Positions 8,773 through 17,260 of a stretch of 54,443 nucleotides of DNA are shown piece after piece. The notes beneath the pieces were generated by a model that worked only from the letters and a program-made list of their open reading frames with translations, was not told where the DNA came from and did no database searches. Location of the stretch: the NCBI GenBank assembly GCA_012744445.1, contig JAAYBZ010000006.1:1-54443 (forward strand), given 5' to 3'. Position numbers and translations under genes: made by a program. Each line of letters opens with the position of its first letter. Position 1 is the first letter of the stretch. The stretch comes from Myxococcales bacterium (GTDB taxonomy: Bacteria > Myxococcota_A > Polyangia > Polyangiales > Houyiibacteriaceae).

Positions 8773-9798
8773 ATGCCGAAAACCCCCGAACGCACCGTCG
8801 ATCCTCACCTCCGAGACGAGGACTCGCGCTACGAGATCAGCCTGCGCCCCTCGCGCTTCGACGAGTTCGTGGGGCAGAGCAAGATCAAGGACAACCTCCG
8901 CATCTTCGTCGAGGCGGCGAAGCGGCGCGGCGATCCGGTGGACCACGTGCTCTTCTGCGGCCCGCCGGGCCTCGGCAAGACCACGCTCGCCATGATCATC
9001 GCCGAGGAGCGCGGCTCCACGCTCCACATGGCGGCGGCGCCGGCCATCGAGCACAAGGGGCAGCTCGCCTCGCTCCTCACCAAGCTCGAGCCCAACGACG
9101 TCCTCTTCATCGACGAGATCCACCGCCTCTCGCCCGTCGTCGAGGAGAACCTCTACACGGCCGTCGAGGACTTCCACATCGACATCGTCAACGGCGAGGG
9201 GCCGTACGCGCAGATCCTCAAGCTGCCGCTGCACCCCTTCACGCTCGTGGCGGCGACGACGCGCACGGGCCTGCTCACCAACCCGATGCGCTCGCGCTTC
9301 GGCTACGCCGCGCGCCTCGACTACTACGAGCCGCACGAGCTCGCCTCGATCGTCGCGCGCAGCGCGCGCCTCCTCGGGCTCGAGATCGACGAGGAGGGGA
9401 CGCTCGAGATCGCGCGACGCTCGCGCGGGACGCCGCGCATCGCCAACCGCCTCCTCCGCCGGGCGCGCGACTTCGCCGAGATCCTGGGCGACGGCCGGCT
9501 CGACGCGGCCATGGCCAAGGAGGCGCTCGATCGCCTCGACGTCGACGCCGAGGGCCTCGACGAGATGGACCGCCGCTACCTCCGCGTCATCGTCGAGCAC
9601 TACGACGGCGGCCCCGTGGGCGTCGAGACGCTCGCGGCCGCGCTCTCCGAGCCGCGCGACACGCTCGAGGACGTGTACGAGCCCTACCTGCTCCAGCGCG
9701 GCTTCCTCGCGCGCACGGCGCGCGGAAGGGTGGCCACGCGCAAGGCCTTCGAGCATCTTGGGGCGTCCATGCCTCCGACCCAACGCGGTCTCTTCTGA
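8773..9798 (+). CDS. ruvB: Holliday junction branch migration helicase RuvB
   Basis: [52 protein letters not shown] and RTARGR motifs. Start is ATG 8773 (GAGGT RBS) or TTG 8761. Confidence 0.97.
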   Translation: MPKTPERTVDPHLRDEDSRYEISLRPSRFDEFVGQSKIKDNLRIFVEAAKRRGDPVDHVLFCGPPGLGKTTLAMIIAEERGSTLHMAAAPAIEHKGQLASLLTKLEPNDVLFIDEIHRLSPVVEENLYTAVEDFHIDIVNGEGPYAQILKLPLHPFTLVAATTRTGLLTNPMRSRFGYAARLDYYEPHELASIVARSARLLGLEIDEEGTLEIARRSRGTPRIANRLLRRARDFAEILGDGRLDAAMAKEALDRLDVDAEGLDEMDRRYLRVIVEHYDGGPVGVETLAAALSEPRDTLEDVYEPYLLQRGFLARTARGRVATRKAFEHLGASMPPTQRGLF

Positions 9799-9812
9799 GA
9801 GGCGTCTTCAAC

Positions 9813-10445
9813 ATGCGATTCGCATTCGGAATCTTGGCCTTCGTCGCCGGGCTCGCGCTCGGCTCGCTCGCGATCCACGTGGCGTTCTTCGGCGCCGAGC
9901 CCCCGCTCCCGCCCGAGGGAGAGGCCATCGAGGGCACGCTCCTCGGCGGCACCACGCTCGAGAGCCCGATCGGGCGCCCCTTCCTCTACGGGCAGGTGAA
10001 GCTCACCGAGCAGCGCGGGAGCCGCCTCGGCGTCGACGAGTGGCGCGGCGTCTTCGGTGATCCCGTCGTGAAGGTGCAGACGGAGCGCGGCGTAGAGGCC
10101 GTCGAGCTCGGCCACCCGAGCGAGTGGCGCGTCCTCCCCGAGTTCGACGAGACGGCGACGCTCACGACGCTCCGGGGCGTGCCTCTCCTCGACGAGGTCG
10201 ACGTGGGGGAACGTGAGGCGCCGTTCCAGGTGTCCGTGCGCGCCGCGCGCGAGGGCGATCCCATCGTCGTCGAGCGCGGCGGCCGCAAGGCGCGCGTCTT
10301 CCTCGGCGAGCGCGGTCCCCACGAGCAGCTCCACGCGGCGCGCGAGAGCGGTCGCTATCCGGTGGTGCTCCTCCTCGCCGTGATGTCCGCCGTCTCGATC
10401 TTCGGAGCAACCCGCCTCTTCCGCGCGGCGCCGCACGAGGACTGA
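9813..10445 (+). CDS. Hypothetical membrane protein (TM - soluble beta-rich domain - TM)
   Basis: ATG 14 nt after the ruvB stop. Hydrophobic segments at both ends and host-like codon usage. Confidence 0.75.
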   Translation: MRFAFGILAFVAGLALGSLAIHVAFFGAEPPLPPEGEAIEGTLLGGTTLESPIGRPFLYGQVKLTEQRGSRLGVDEWRGVFGDPVVKVQTERGVEAVELGHPSEWRVLPEFDETATLTTLRGVPLLDEVDVGEREAPFQVSVRAAREGDPIVVERGGRKARVFLGERGPHEQLHAARESGRYPVVLLLAVMSAVSIFGATRLFRAAPHED

Positions 10446-10460
10446 GCCGGGCGAGAGTTC

Positions 10461-12908
10461 TTGACCCGGAGGGGCGGACTGTCTCAAAACCCTCCGGTGT
10501 CGATCATCGAACGTGTCCTCTCCGCGGATCGCGCGGCGAAGATCCTCTCTTCCGGGCTCTGCTTCGCCATCGCCGATCTGGCGTTGAAGCTCGGCATCCA
10601 CGCCATCTGGGGCCAGTACGGCGAGTGGGATTTCCGCGCCGGCTCGCTCATCGGCTTCTTCGGCGCCGCCGTGCTCGGCATGGTGCTCGGCATCCCCGCC
10701 GCTCTCGCGGAGGGCGGGCGCGTCTTCACGCTCGCGCTCACGATCGTGACGCTCGTCTACGACGCCTTCGCCTACGTAGCGTACGCCGACAGCGGCCATC
10801 TCCCGCGGCCGACCACGCTCTTTGCGCTCTTCACGAGCGCCGACGCGGCCTTCGTCGCCCGCGGGCTCGGATTCGGCGCGCTCGCCTCGCTCGGCTACGG
10901 CCTCGGCGCGGCGCGCCTCGAGCGGAGGCTCCGTACGCGCCTCGCCGCGCCGGGTGTCCGCGCGGCCGACTTCGCCACGATCCTCCTCTTCGCGCTCCTC
11001 GGCGTGGGCACGATCGTCGCGGGTGAGGGCCCCGTCTACTACGGCATCATCCAGCCCACGGTGCACCTCGCCGCAGGTCGCGTCCAAGAGAGCCCCGATC
11101 CCTTCCCGGCCGAGGCCAACGTCCACTCCCACGCCCATCACAACCACGACCACGAACATCAGCGCCATGAGCACGGCTTCGTGCCCGACGAGACGCCCGA
11201 GCCATTCCCGGCCGACGGCATCCCGCGCCCGGTCGCGTCGATGCGCCTCCAATACCAAGGGCTGCTCGGCGTCGAGGCCTTCCAGCCCATCGAGGACACG
11301 GCCTACCCGTATTGTCGGCGCGAGGAAGAGGGAGGGACGCTCTCACATCCGCACGACGTGGTGGTCCTGAATCTCTCGGGCCTTTCGCGCGCCGCGTTTG
11401 ATCGCGCGCTCTCGGCCCTCGGGGCCTCGCCGCGCAGGAAGCAGGGATTCGAGCGGGTTTTCGCGGTCTCGAGCGAGCGCGAGCCTGGGCGCCGTGCCCT
11501 GCTCACCGGAATCCCGCCGCTCGTGGCCGCTCGCTTCGTTCCCGAAACGCCGAGACTACCGAGCCGGCCCTATCTCCCGCGGCTTCCTTCGATCGCGCAA
11601 TCGCTCGGCCGATTCGGAGTGCGCACCGCGTACTTCGGGCCGGCTCCCTCGCTTCGAGGACCTGAGCGGCTCGAGCTCGCGACCCTCGGCTTCTCGGAAC
11701 GAGCGTACGCGACCGAAGGTGACGAGGCTGCGGCGCGCGACCTCGAGACGCTCACCCGGCTCGAATCCTTCCTCAGCGCGCGCGCCGCGTCGCCACGCTT
11801 CGCGTTCGTCGAACTCGCCTCGTTCATGGACGGTGCCCACGACGGGCGCGTGGTCGCCGCGATCGAAGCGCTCATCGACGAGCGAAGTGAGACGTCGTTC
11901 GTCCTCACGAGCGATCACGCCGCCGAGCTCGGGGAGTTCTCCGTGCCGTTCGTCGTCGTCTCCGATCGTCTCCCGGAAGGGGAGCGGATCGGGACGCGGC
12001 TTGGCGCGACCTACGATCTCCCCCAGACGGTGCTTGGCCTCCTCGGCAGCCCGCGGCGATTCTGCCACCAAGGGCGGAACCTCGTCGGTGCCGAGGAATT
12101 CCCGGGGAGGCGCGTGGCGTTCTCGCAGATCGGCGACGGCTCGCACCGGTTCGTCCTCTTCGAAGGCCGCAACCACGGCGAAGAGCTCCTTCGCTGGGAG
12201 ATCGACTCGACGAATCCGCTCGCCGAGGAGACGCCCGCCACGCTTCACGATCTCGTCGCCGATCCCGGTCGGAAGTCCGATCTCTTCTCGCGCCGTGACC
12301 CGGATTGGCCGCAGATCGACGAGTTCTGGAGGAGCCACCTCGGCATCGGCATCTACCTACTCCGCACCAATCGATTCGTGCCGGCGGCGGAGGTCGCGTC
12401 GCCCGAGGTGCCGCAGCCGCTCGTAAAGAATCTTTTCGTGCCGTTCACGAGCGTCGAGGTGCTGCCCGCCGCGCCCGGGCGCTACTTCGTGCCCGCGCGC
12501 GCGCTCGAGAAGGCGTCGTCGCTCGGCGAGGTGCTCGCGAGCCACAAGCGAGGCACCACGGTGGTCGTGGACTTGCGCTCGTCCACGTTCGATTCGTTCG
12601 ACGCGCTCGAGCGGTGGCTCGGCAAGGACGTCGCCAAGGTCGACGGACTGCTCTTCGACGACGTGGGCATGGCGGTGGGCTGGGCCGAGCGTTCGAAGTC
12701 CCCCGTCGGCGTCTGGATCACGCCGAGGATGGGCGATCAAGGCGTGCTCTTCGATCAGATCGCCCAGGCCGGGATCGACTTCGTGGTGATGCCCATCCCC
12801 ACCGAGACCGGGGTGAGGCGCGCCAAGCAGCGCGGGCTCGAGGTGTGGGTGCCGAAGAGCGGCCTCGAGCTGCTCTCCGACGTCGAGCCGAACGTCGTCT
12901 TCGAATGA
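10461..12908 (+). CDS. Multi-TM, LTA-synthase/sulfatase-like membrane protein with His-rich linker and GDPD-like C-terminus
   Basis: About 5 N-terminal TM helices, HSHAHHNHDHEHQRHEH linker, and alkaline-phosphatase-superfamily cues (DVVVLNLSGLS, LLTG-PP, LTSDHA, VPFVV, DLPQTVLGLLG, LHDLVADPG). C-terminus has AKQRGLEVWV. Start uncertain (TTG 10461 or GTG 10497). Confidence 0.6.
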   Translation: MTRRGGLSQNPPVSIIERVLSADRAAKILSSGLCFAIADLALKLGIHAIWGQYGEWDFRAGSLIGFFGAAVLGMVLGIPAALAEGGRVFTLALTIVTLVYDAFAYVAYADSGHLPRPTTLFALFTSADAAFVARGLGFGALASLGYGLGAARLERRLRTRLAAPGVRAADFATILLFALLGVGTIVAGEGPVYYGIIQPTVHLAAGRVQESPDPFPAEANVHSHAHHNHDHEHQRHEHGFVPDETPEPFPADGIPRPVASMRLQYQGLLGVEAFQPIEDTAYPYCRREEEGGTLSHPHDVVVLNLSGLSRAAFDRALSALGASPRRKQGFERVFAVSSEREPGRRALLTGIPPLVAARFVPETPRLPSRPYLPRLPSIAQSLGRFGVRTAYFGPAPSLRGPERLELATLGFSERAYATEGDEAAARDLETLTRLESFLSARAASPRFAFVELASFMDGAHDGRVVAAIEALIDERSETSFVLTSDHAAELGEFSVPFVVVSDRLPEGERIGTRLGATYDLPQTVLGLLGSPRRFCHQGRNLVGAEEFPGRRVAFSQIGDGSHRFVLFEGRNHGEELLRWEIDSTNPLAEETPATLHDLVADPGRKSDLFSRRDPDWPQIDEFWRSHLGIGIYLLRTNRFVPAAEVASPEVPQPLVKNLFVPFTSVEVLPAAPGRYFVPARALEKASSLGEVLASHKRGTTVVVDLRSSTFDSFDALERWLGKDVAKVDGLLFDDVGMAVGWAERSKSPVGVWITPRMGDQGVLFDQIAQAGIDFVVMPIPTETGVRRAKQRGLEVWVPKSGLELLSDVEPNVVFE

Positions 12909-12911
12909 GCC

Positions 12912-13406
12912 TCAACGCTTCTTGAGCGTGAGCTCGCGCGTGCGCATCGCCTGCGCGTGCGTGATGGCCACCGCGAGCGCGTCGGTCGCGTCGACGCCCG
13001 GCCGCTCGCGGAGCCCGAGTATCACGCCCACGATGCGCGAGACCTGCTCCTTGTCGGCCTGGCCCTTGCCCACGATGCTGCGCTTGACCAGCGAGGGCGG
13101 GTAGGCCTCGACGGAGAGGCCGGCGCGCGCGATCGCGAGGAGGGCGACGCCGCGCGCGTGCCCGAGCTTGAGCGCGGCGTTGGCGTGCTTGGCGAAGAAG
13201 ACGTCCTCGACGGCGGCCGTCGCGGGGCGGTGCTCCGCGAGCAGCCGCTCGAGCTCGGTGTAGATGGTGAGCAGGCGCTCCTCGATGGGCGCCTTCGCGC
13301 GCGCCTCGATGGTCCCGGCCGTGACGAGCGAGAGCTTGCCGCGGTCGAGATCGACGATGCCGTATCCCGTCTTGATCGAGCCTGGGTCGATGCCGAGGAC
13401 GCGCAT
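12912..13406 (-). CDS. ruvC: Crossover junction endodeoxyribonuclease RuvC
   Basis: VLGIDPGS-TGYG, AVEDVFF, LKLGHARG, G-G-ADKEQV and DATDALAVAITH motifs. Confidence 0.97.
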   Translation of the reverse strand: MRVLGIDPGSIKTGYGIVDLDRGKLSLVTAGTIEARAKAPIEERLLTIYTELERLLAEHRPATAAVEDVFFAKHANAALKLGHARGVALLAIARAGLSVEAYPPSLVKRSIVGKGQADKEQVSRIVGVILGLRERPGVDATDALAVAITHAQAMRTRELTLKKR

Positions 13407-13409
13407 CGG

Positions 13410-14153
13410 CTATTCGAGCGCCGAGAGCGCCGACTCGGAGAGCTCGAAGTCGGCGTAGACGCCTTGGACGTCGTCGTGGTCTTCGAGCGCCTCGTAGAGG
13501 GCGATGAGGGTGGCGGCGTCTTCGCCCTCGACCTCCTTGGGCGTGTTCGGGAGGTAGGCGAGCGAGGCCTCGTTCACCTTCATGCCGGCCTCCTCGATGG
13601 CCTCGCGCACGGTCTCGAGCTCGGTGCGCGGCGTCTTGATGCGCCAGCTCTCGCCCACGCGCTCCACGTCGTCCGCGCCCGCCCCGACGGCCACCTCGAA
13701 GAGCGCCTCCTCGTCGGCCGCTCCGTCGACCTCGATCACGCCCTTCTGCTCGAAGGCCCACGCGGCCGAGCCGCTCGCGCCGAGCTGCCCGCCGTGCTTG
13801 TCGAAGAGCTTGCGGATCTCGGCGGCCGTGCGGTTGCGGTTGTCGGTCATCACCTCGAGGAGGAAGAGCGTCCCCGCGGGGCCGACGCCCTCGTAGAGGA
13901 GCTCTTCGTACGAGACGCCCTCGAGCTCGCCCGTGCCCTTCTTGATGGCGCGGGTGACGTTCTCGCTCGGCATGTTCGCGTCGCGCGCGGCGTCGAGGGC
14001 GCGACGGAGCCGCGGGTTACCGTCGGGGTCGCCGCCGCCGAGCCGCGCCGCGACCGTGATCTCCTTGATGATCTTCGTGAAGATCTTGCTGCGCTTCGCG
14101 TCCTGGGCGCCCTTCCGGTGCTTGATCGTGGACCATTTGTTGTGGCCGCTCAT
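13410..14153 (-). CDS. yebC: YebC/PmpR family protein
   Basis: MSGHNKWSTIKHRKGAQDAKR, NPRLR, YEG-GP-G, TDNRNRT and LEDHDDVQ-VY motifs. AGGAG RBS. Confidence 0.97.
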   Translation of the reverse strand: MSGHNKWSTIKHRKGAQDAKRSKIFTKIIKEITVAARLGGGDPDGNPRLRRALDAARDANMPSENVTRAIKKGTGELEGVSYEELLYEGVGPAGTLFLLEVMTDNRNRTAAEIRKLFDKHGGQLGASGSAAWAFEQKGVIEVDGAADEEALFEVAVGAGADDVERVGESWRIKTPRTELETVREAIEEAGMKVNEASLAYLPNTPKEVEGEDAATLIALYEALEDHDDVQGVYADFELSESALSALE

Positions 14154-14198
14154 CGGTTCTCCTGCGGTGCGCTTGATACCAGCGAGGGCGCGCCGTCG

Positions 14199-14837
14199 CT
14201 ACCTACGGGCGTCCTCGGCGATGTCGACGACCCGCCATTCGTCGCTCTCCCGCTCGAGGATGATGACGAGGCGTGTGGGGAGACGGACGGTCGCGCGGTC
14301 GCCGTTGATCCGGACGTCGAAGTCGAGCGGATCGGCCGCGCCATCGACGAGCGCGTCGATCTCGCCCAGGAGGGCGCGCCGCCGCTCGGTGGTCAGGACG
14401 CGGAGCACCCCGGGGAGGCTCCGCCGCTCGAGGGCGACCCGCAGCGCGAGGACCGCCTCCTCGGGCGAGCCGAGGCTCGTGCCGGCGAGGAGGGCCCCGT
14501 CGAGGCGATAGGCGCCGTCTTCGTAGCGGAGGACGACGCGCTCGCCGCCCTCGTAGCGGAGCTCGACCGAGAGCCTGCCTTCGGCGTCGCCGAGGGCGTC
14601 GGCCATCTGCGCGAGCTCCGCCCGGTTCTCGGCGACGAGCGTCGCCAGCTCCTCCTCGGTGTAGAGCGCCTGGGTCTCGGAGGTGCCGAGCGCGTGGAGC
14701 GCCGCGCCGTCGCCCTCGGCCATCGCCCGGCGCACGGCCTCGAGCGTCGCCCCGGTGGGTGGCGTCTTCGGGGCGCACGCGGGGAGGGCGAGCCCGAGGA
14801 CCAGCGTGGCGATCGCGCGAAGGGCGTGGGAGATCAT
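14199..14837 (-). CDS. Hypothetical lipoprotein
   Basis: MISHALRAIATLVLGLALPAC lipoprotein signal. Two similar alpha/beta halves ending in L-YEDGAYRL and LERESDEWRV (NTF2-like appearance, inference). Confidence 0.7.
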   Translation of the reverse strand: MISHALRAIATLVLGLALPACAPKTPPTGATLEAVRRAMAEGDGAALHALGTSETQALYTEEELATLVAENRAELAQMADALGDAEGRLSVELRYEGGERVVLRYEDGAYRLDGALLAGTSLGSPEEAVLALRVALERRSLPGVLRVLTTERRRALLGEIDALVDGAADPLDFDVRINGDRATVRLPTRLVIILERESDEWRVVDIAEDARR

Positions 14838-14929
14838 CGAGAGACCGCATGATGGCACAGCCGGGCCCCTCCGCGAGAGCGCCTTCTCGGCCTTGAATCG
14901 CGCGCCCCGTGACGCAGGATGGTGAGAAC

Positions 14930-16285
14930 ATGACCGACAGAAAACGCGTGGTGATCGTCGGTGGGGGGTTCGGAGGGCTCGCGCTCGCGCGGGGGCTCCG
15001 GAGCGCGAACGTCGACGTGACCTTGGTCGACCGCGAGAACCACCACCTCTTCCAGCCGCTCCTCTACCAGGTCGCCACGGCGGGCCTCCAGCCCGGCGCC
15101 ATCGCGGTGCCGATCCGCGGCGTGCTCTCCAAGCAGAAGAACGCGCGCGTCCTCCTCGACGAGGCCGTCGGCGTCGACCTCGAGCGCAAGGTGCTCCACC
15201 TCGCCCGCGGCAAGGAGCTCCCCTTCGACTACCTCGTCGCGGCCACGGGCGCGCGCACCAACTACTTCGGCCACGACGACTGGGCCAAGTACGCGCACGG
15301 CCTCAAGACGGTGCGCGACGCGATCCGCATCCGCGAGCGCGTGCTCCTCGCCTTCGAAGAGGCCGAGATGGAGACCGATCCGGCGCGCCGCAAGATGCTC
15401 CTCACCTTCGTGGTGATCGGCGGCGGCCCCACGGGCGTCGAGATGGCCGGGGCCATCCGCGAGCTCGGCAAGAGCGTGCTCGCGGGCGACTACCGCAACA
15501 TCAAGGACGAGGACATCCGCGTGCTCCTCGTGGAGATGGCGCCGCGCGTGCTCATGCCCTTCGACCCGGAGCTCAGCGAGAAGGCCAGGCTCGCGCTCGC
15601 AGAGCTCGGCGTGGAGGTGCGCCTCGGTGAGCCCGTGAGCGAGGTGGCCGAGGAGCGCGTGCGTATCGGCGAGGAGTGGATCGACGCCTCGATCATCGTC
15701 TGGGCGAGCGGCGTGAAGCCCACGAGCTTCGCCGCCAAGCTCGGCGCGCCGCTCGATCGCGCGGGGCGCGTGATCGTCGGCCAGGACTGCTCGATCCCGG
15801 GCCACCCCGACGTCTTCGTCCTGGGCGACGCGGCCTCGTTCACGCCGGCCGGCGCCGAGCGACCGCTGCCCGGCCTCGCGCCCGTGGCCATGCAGCAGGG
15901 CCGCTACCTCGCCAGGATCATCGCCAACGACGGAAAGGGCCTCCCGCGCCCGCCCTTCGTCTATCGCGACAAGGGCGCGATGGCGACGATCGGCCGGAGG
16001 CGCGCCGTCGCCGCCACCAAACGCCTCAAGCTCTCCGGCTTCCTCGCGTGGATCGCGTGGGGCCTCGTGCACGTGGCCTACCTCATCGGCTTCCACAACC
16101 GGCTCCTCGTGCTCTTCGAGTGGACCTGGTCGCTCGTCACGGCCAAGCGGGGCGCGCGCCTCATCACGGCCAACATCCACTTCCGCGACACGCCGGGACG
16201 TCGCCCCGAGCTCCCGCCGCTCATCGTGGAGCGGCACGGGCGCCGCACGCGCATGCCCGGGGAGCGTCGTTCACTCGACTCGTGA
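14930..16285 (+). CDS. ndh: Type II NADH:quinone oxidoreductase (NAD(P)/FAD-dependent)
   Basis: VVIVGGGFGG, HHLFQPLLYQVATA, VIGGGPTGVEMAG, VFVLGD, PGLAPVAMQQG and YRDKGAMATIGR motifs. Confidence 0.93.
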   Translation: MTDRKRVVIVGGGFGGLALARGLRSANVDVTLVDRENHHLFQPLLYQVATAGLQPGAIAVPIRGVLSKQKNARVLLDEAVGVDLERKVLHLARGKELPFDYLVAATGARTNYFGHDDWAKYAHGLKTVRDAIRIRERVLLAFEEAEMETDPARRKMLLTFVVIGGGPTGVEMAGAIRELGKSVLAGDYRNIKDEDIRVLLVEMAPRVLMPFDPELSEKARLALAELGVEVRLGEPVSEVAEERVRIGEEWIDASIIVWASGVKPTSFAAKLGAPLDRAGRVIVGQDCSIPGHPDVFVLGDAASFTPAGAERPLPGLAPVAMQQGRYLARIIANDGKGLPRPPFVYRDKGAMATIGRRRAVAATKRLKLSGFLAWIAWGLVHVAYLIGFHNRLLVLFEWTWSLVTAKRGARLITANIHFRDTPGRRPELPPLIVERHGRRTRMPGERRSLDS

Positions 16286-16327
16286 AGTCGCGTTCACGCC
16301 GCATCCCGCGCGCCATCGGCCGACCCG

Positions 16328-16382
16328 CGTGAAATCCCTTGGAATTCCGCGATCGGCCCCCTGGCACGGATCGTGAAATCCC
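16328..16382 (+). promoter_or_regulatory. Sigma54-like promoter overlapped by an 11-bp direct repeat
   Basis: TGGCACGGATCGTGA at 16362-16376 (-24 box exact, -12 GA instead of GC). CGTGAAATCCC occurs at 16328-16338 and 16372-16382. Confidence 0.45.
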
Positions 16383-16393
16383 GAGCCCGGACC

Positions 16394-17194
16394 ATGACCA
16401 CCCGGGCTCTACCTCTCGCGCTGCTCTTCGTGCTCGGCCTCGCCGGCTGCCACGAGGAGACCAAGTTCTGCGACGAAAACGGCTGTTACACCTGTGACGG
16501 GATGAGCTGCCGCCCGATCACCCCGGCCGGCGCCTGCACGCGCAACGCCGACTGCGGGGGCGACGAGTACGTCTGCCGCGACGGCGCCTGCGTCCCCGAT
16601 GACCGGAGCTGCGGCGACCTCGGCTGTAGCTGCGTCGTGACGGGCGCGTGCGACGAGGGCTACGTCTGCACCGGCGGCGAGTGCCGGCCCGAGGACGAGG
16701 TCTGCCGCTTCGACCACGCCTGTGGCGCGGGGAAGGTCTGCGTCGACGGCCGCTGCTACAACGCCTGCGAGGGCGGCCGCGAGTGCGTCGAGGGCCTCGT
16801 CTGCGAGGACGGCGCCTGCGTGCCCAGCGTCGCCACGTGCGCCGAGGACGCCGACTGCGAGGACGGCGTCTGCCTCGACGGGAGCTGCCAGGTGGGCTGC
16901 ACCGGCGACGGCGAGTGCGCCGCGGACGAGTTCTGTGACCACGGCCACTGCCGCTACGACGACCGCTTCACTCCCTTCTGCGTGGAGTCGCCCGACTGCC
17001 AAGCCGGCCACGTCTGCGTCGAGGGCCTCTGCCGCACCCCCTGCACCGACGACGCCTCCTGCCTCGCCTTCGACGTCCAGTTCCGCTTCTGCCGCGAGGG
17101 CTTCTGTCAGACCTTCGACGAGATCCGCTCCGACTGCCGCACCAGCGTCGACTGCGAGCCGGGAAAGACCTGCGTGAACGGCTCCTGCCGCTGA
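16394..17194 (+). CDS. Cysteine-rich repeat lipoprotein
   Basis: LAGC lipobox. 43 Cys counted, including nine four-Cys units (mostly C-x5-C-x4/6-C-x4-C) typical of myxobacterial surface proteins. Confidence 0.88.
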   Translation: MTTRALPLALLFVLGLAGCHEETKFCDENGCYTCDGMSCRPITPAGACTRNADCGGDEYVCRDGACVPDDRSCGDLGCSCVVTGACDEGYVCTGGECRPEDEVCRFDHACGAGKVCVDGRCYNACEGGRECVEGLVCEDGACVPSVATCAEDADCEDGVCLDGSCQVGCTGDGECAADEFCDHGHCRYDDRFTPFCVESPDCQAGHVCVEGLCRTPCTDDASCLAFDVQFRFCREGFCQTFDEIRSDCRTSVDCEPGKTCVNGSCR

Positions 17195-17197
17195 CGC

Positions 17198-17225
17198 GAG
17201 GGGCTCGACTTCGGTCGGGCCCCTC
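17198..17225 (+). terminator. Stem-loop with C(UUCG)G tetraloop downstream of Cys-rich gene
   Basis: GAGGGGCTCGAC-TTCG-GTCGGGCCCCTC forms a 12-bp stem with one G-U pair, starting 3 nt after the stop. The U-tract is poor. Confidence 0.6.
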
Positions 17226-17260
17226 ATCATCCTTCGGCTCCCCCTCATCTCCCCGAGCCG

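Noticed and set aside
16394-17194. DNA-level repeat array or CRISPR-like periodicity (recurring GTCTGC/GCCTGC)
   Set aside because: Explained by Cys-repeat coding. There are no identical repeats with unique spacers and no cas genes.
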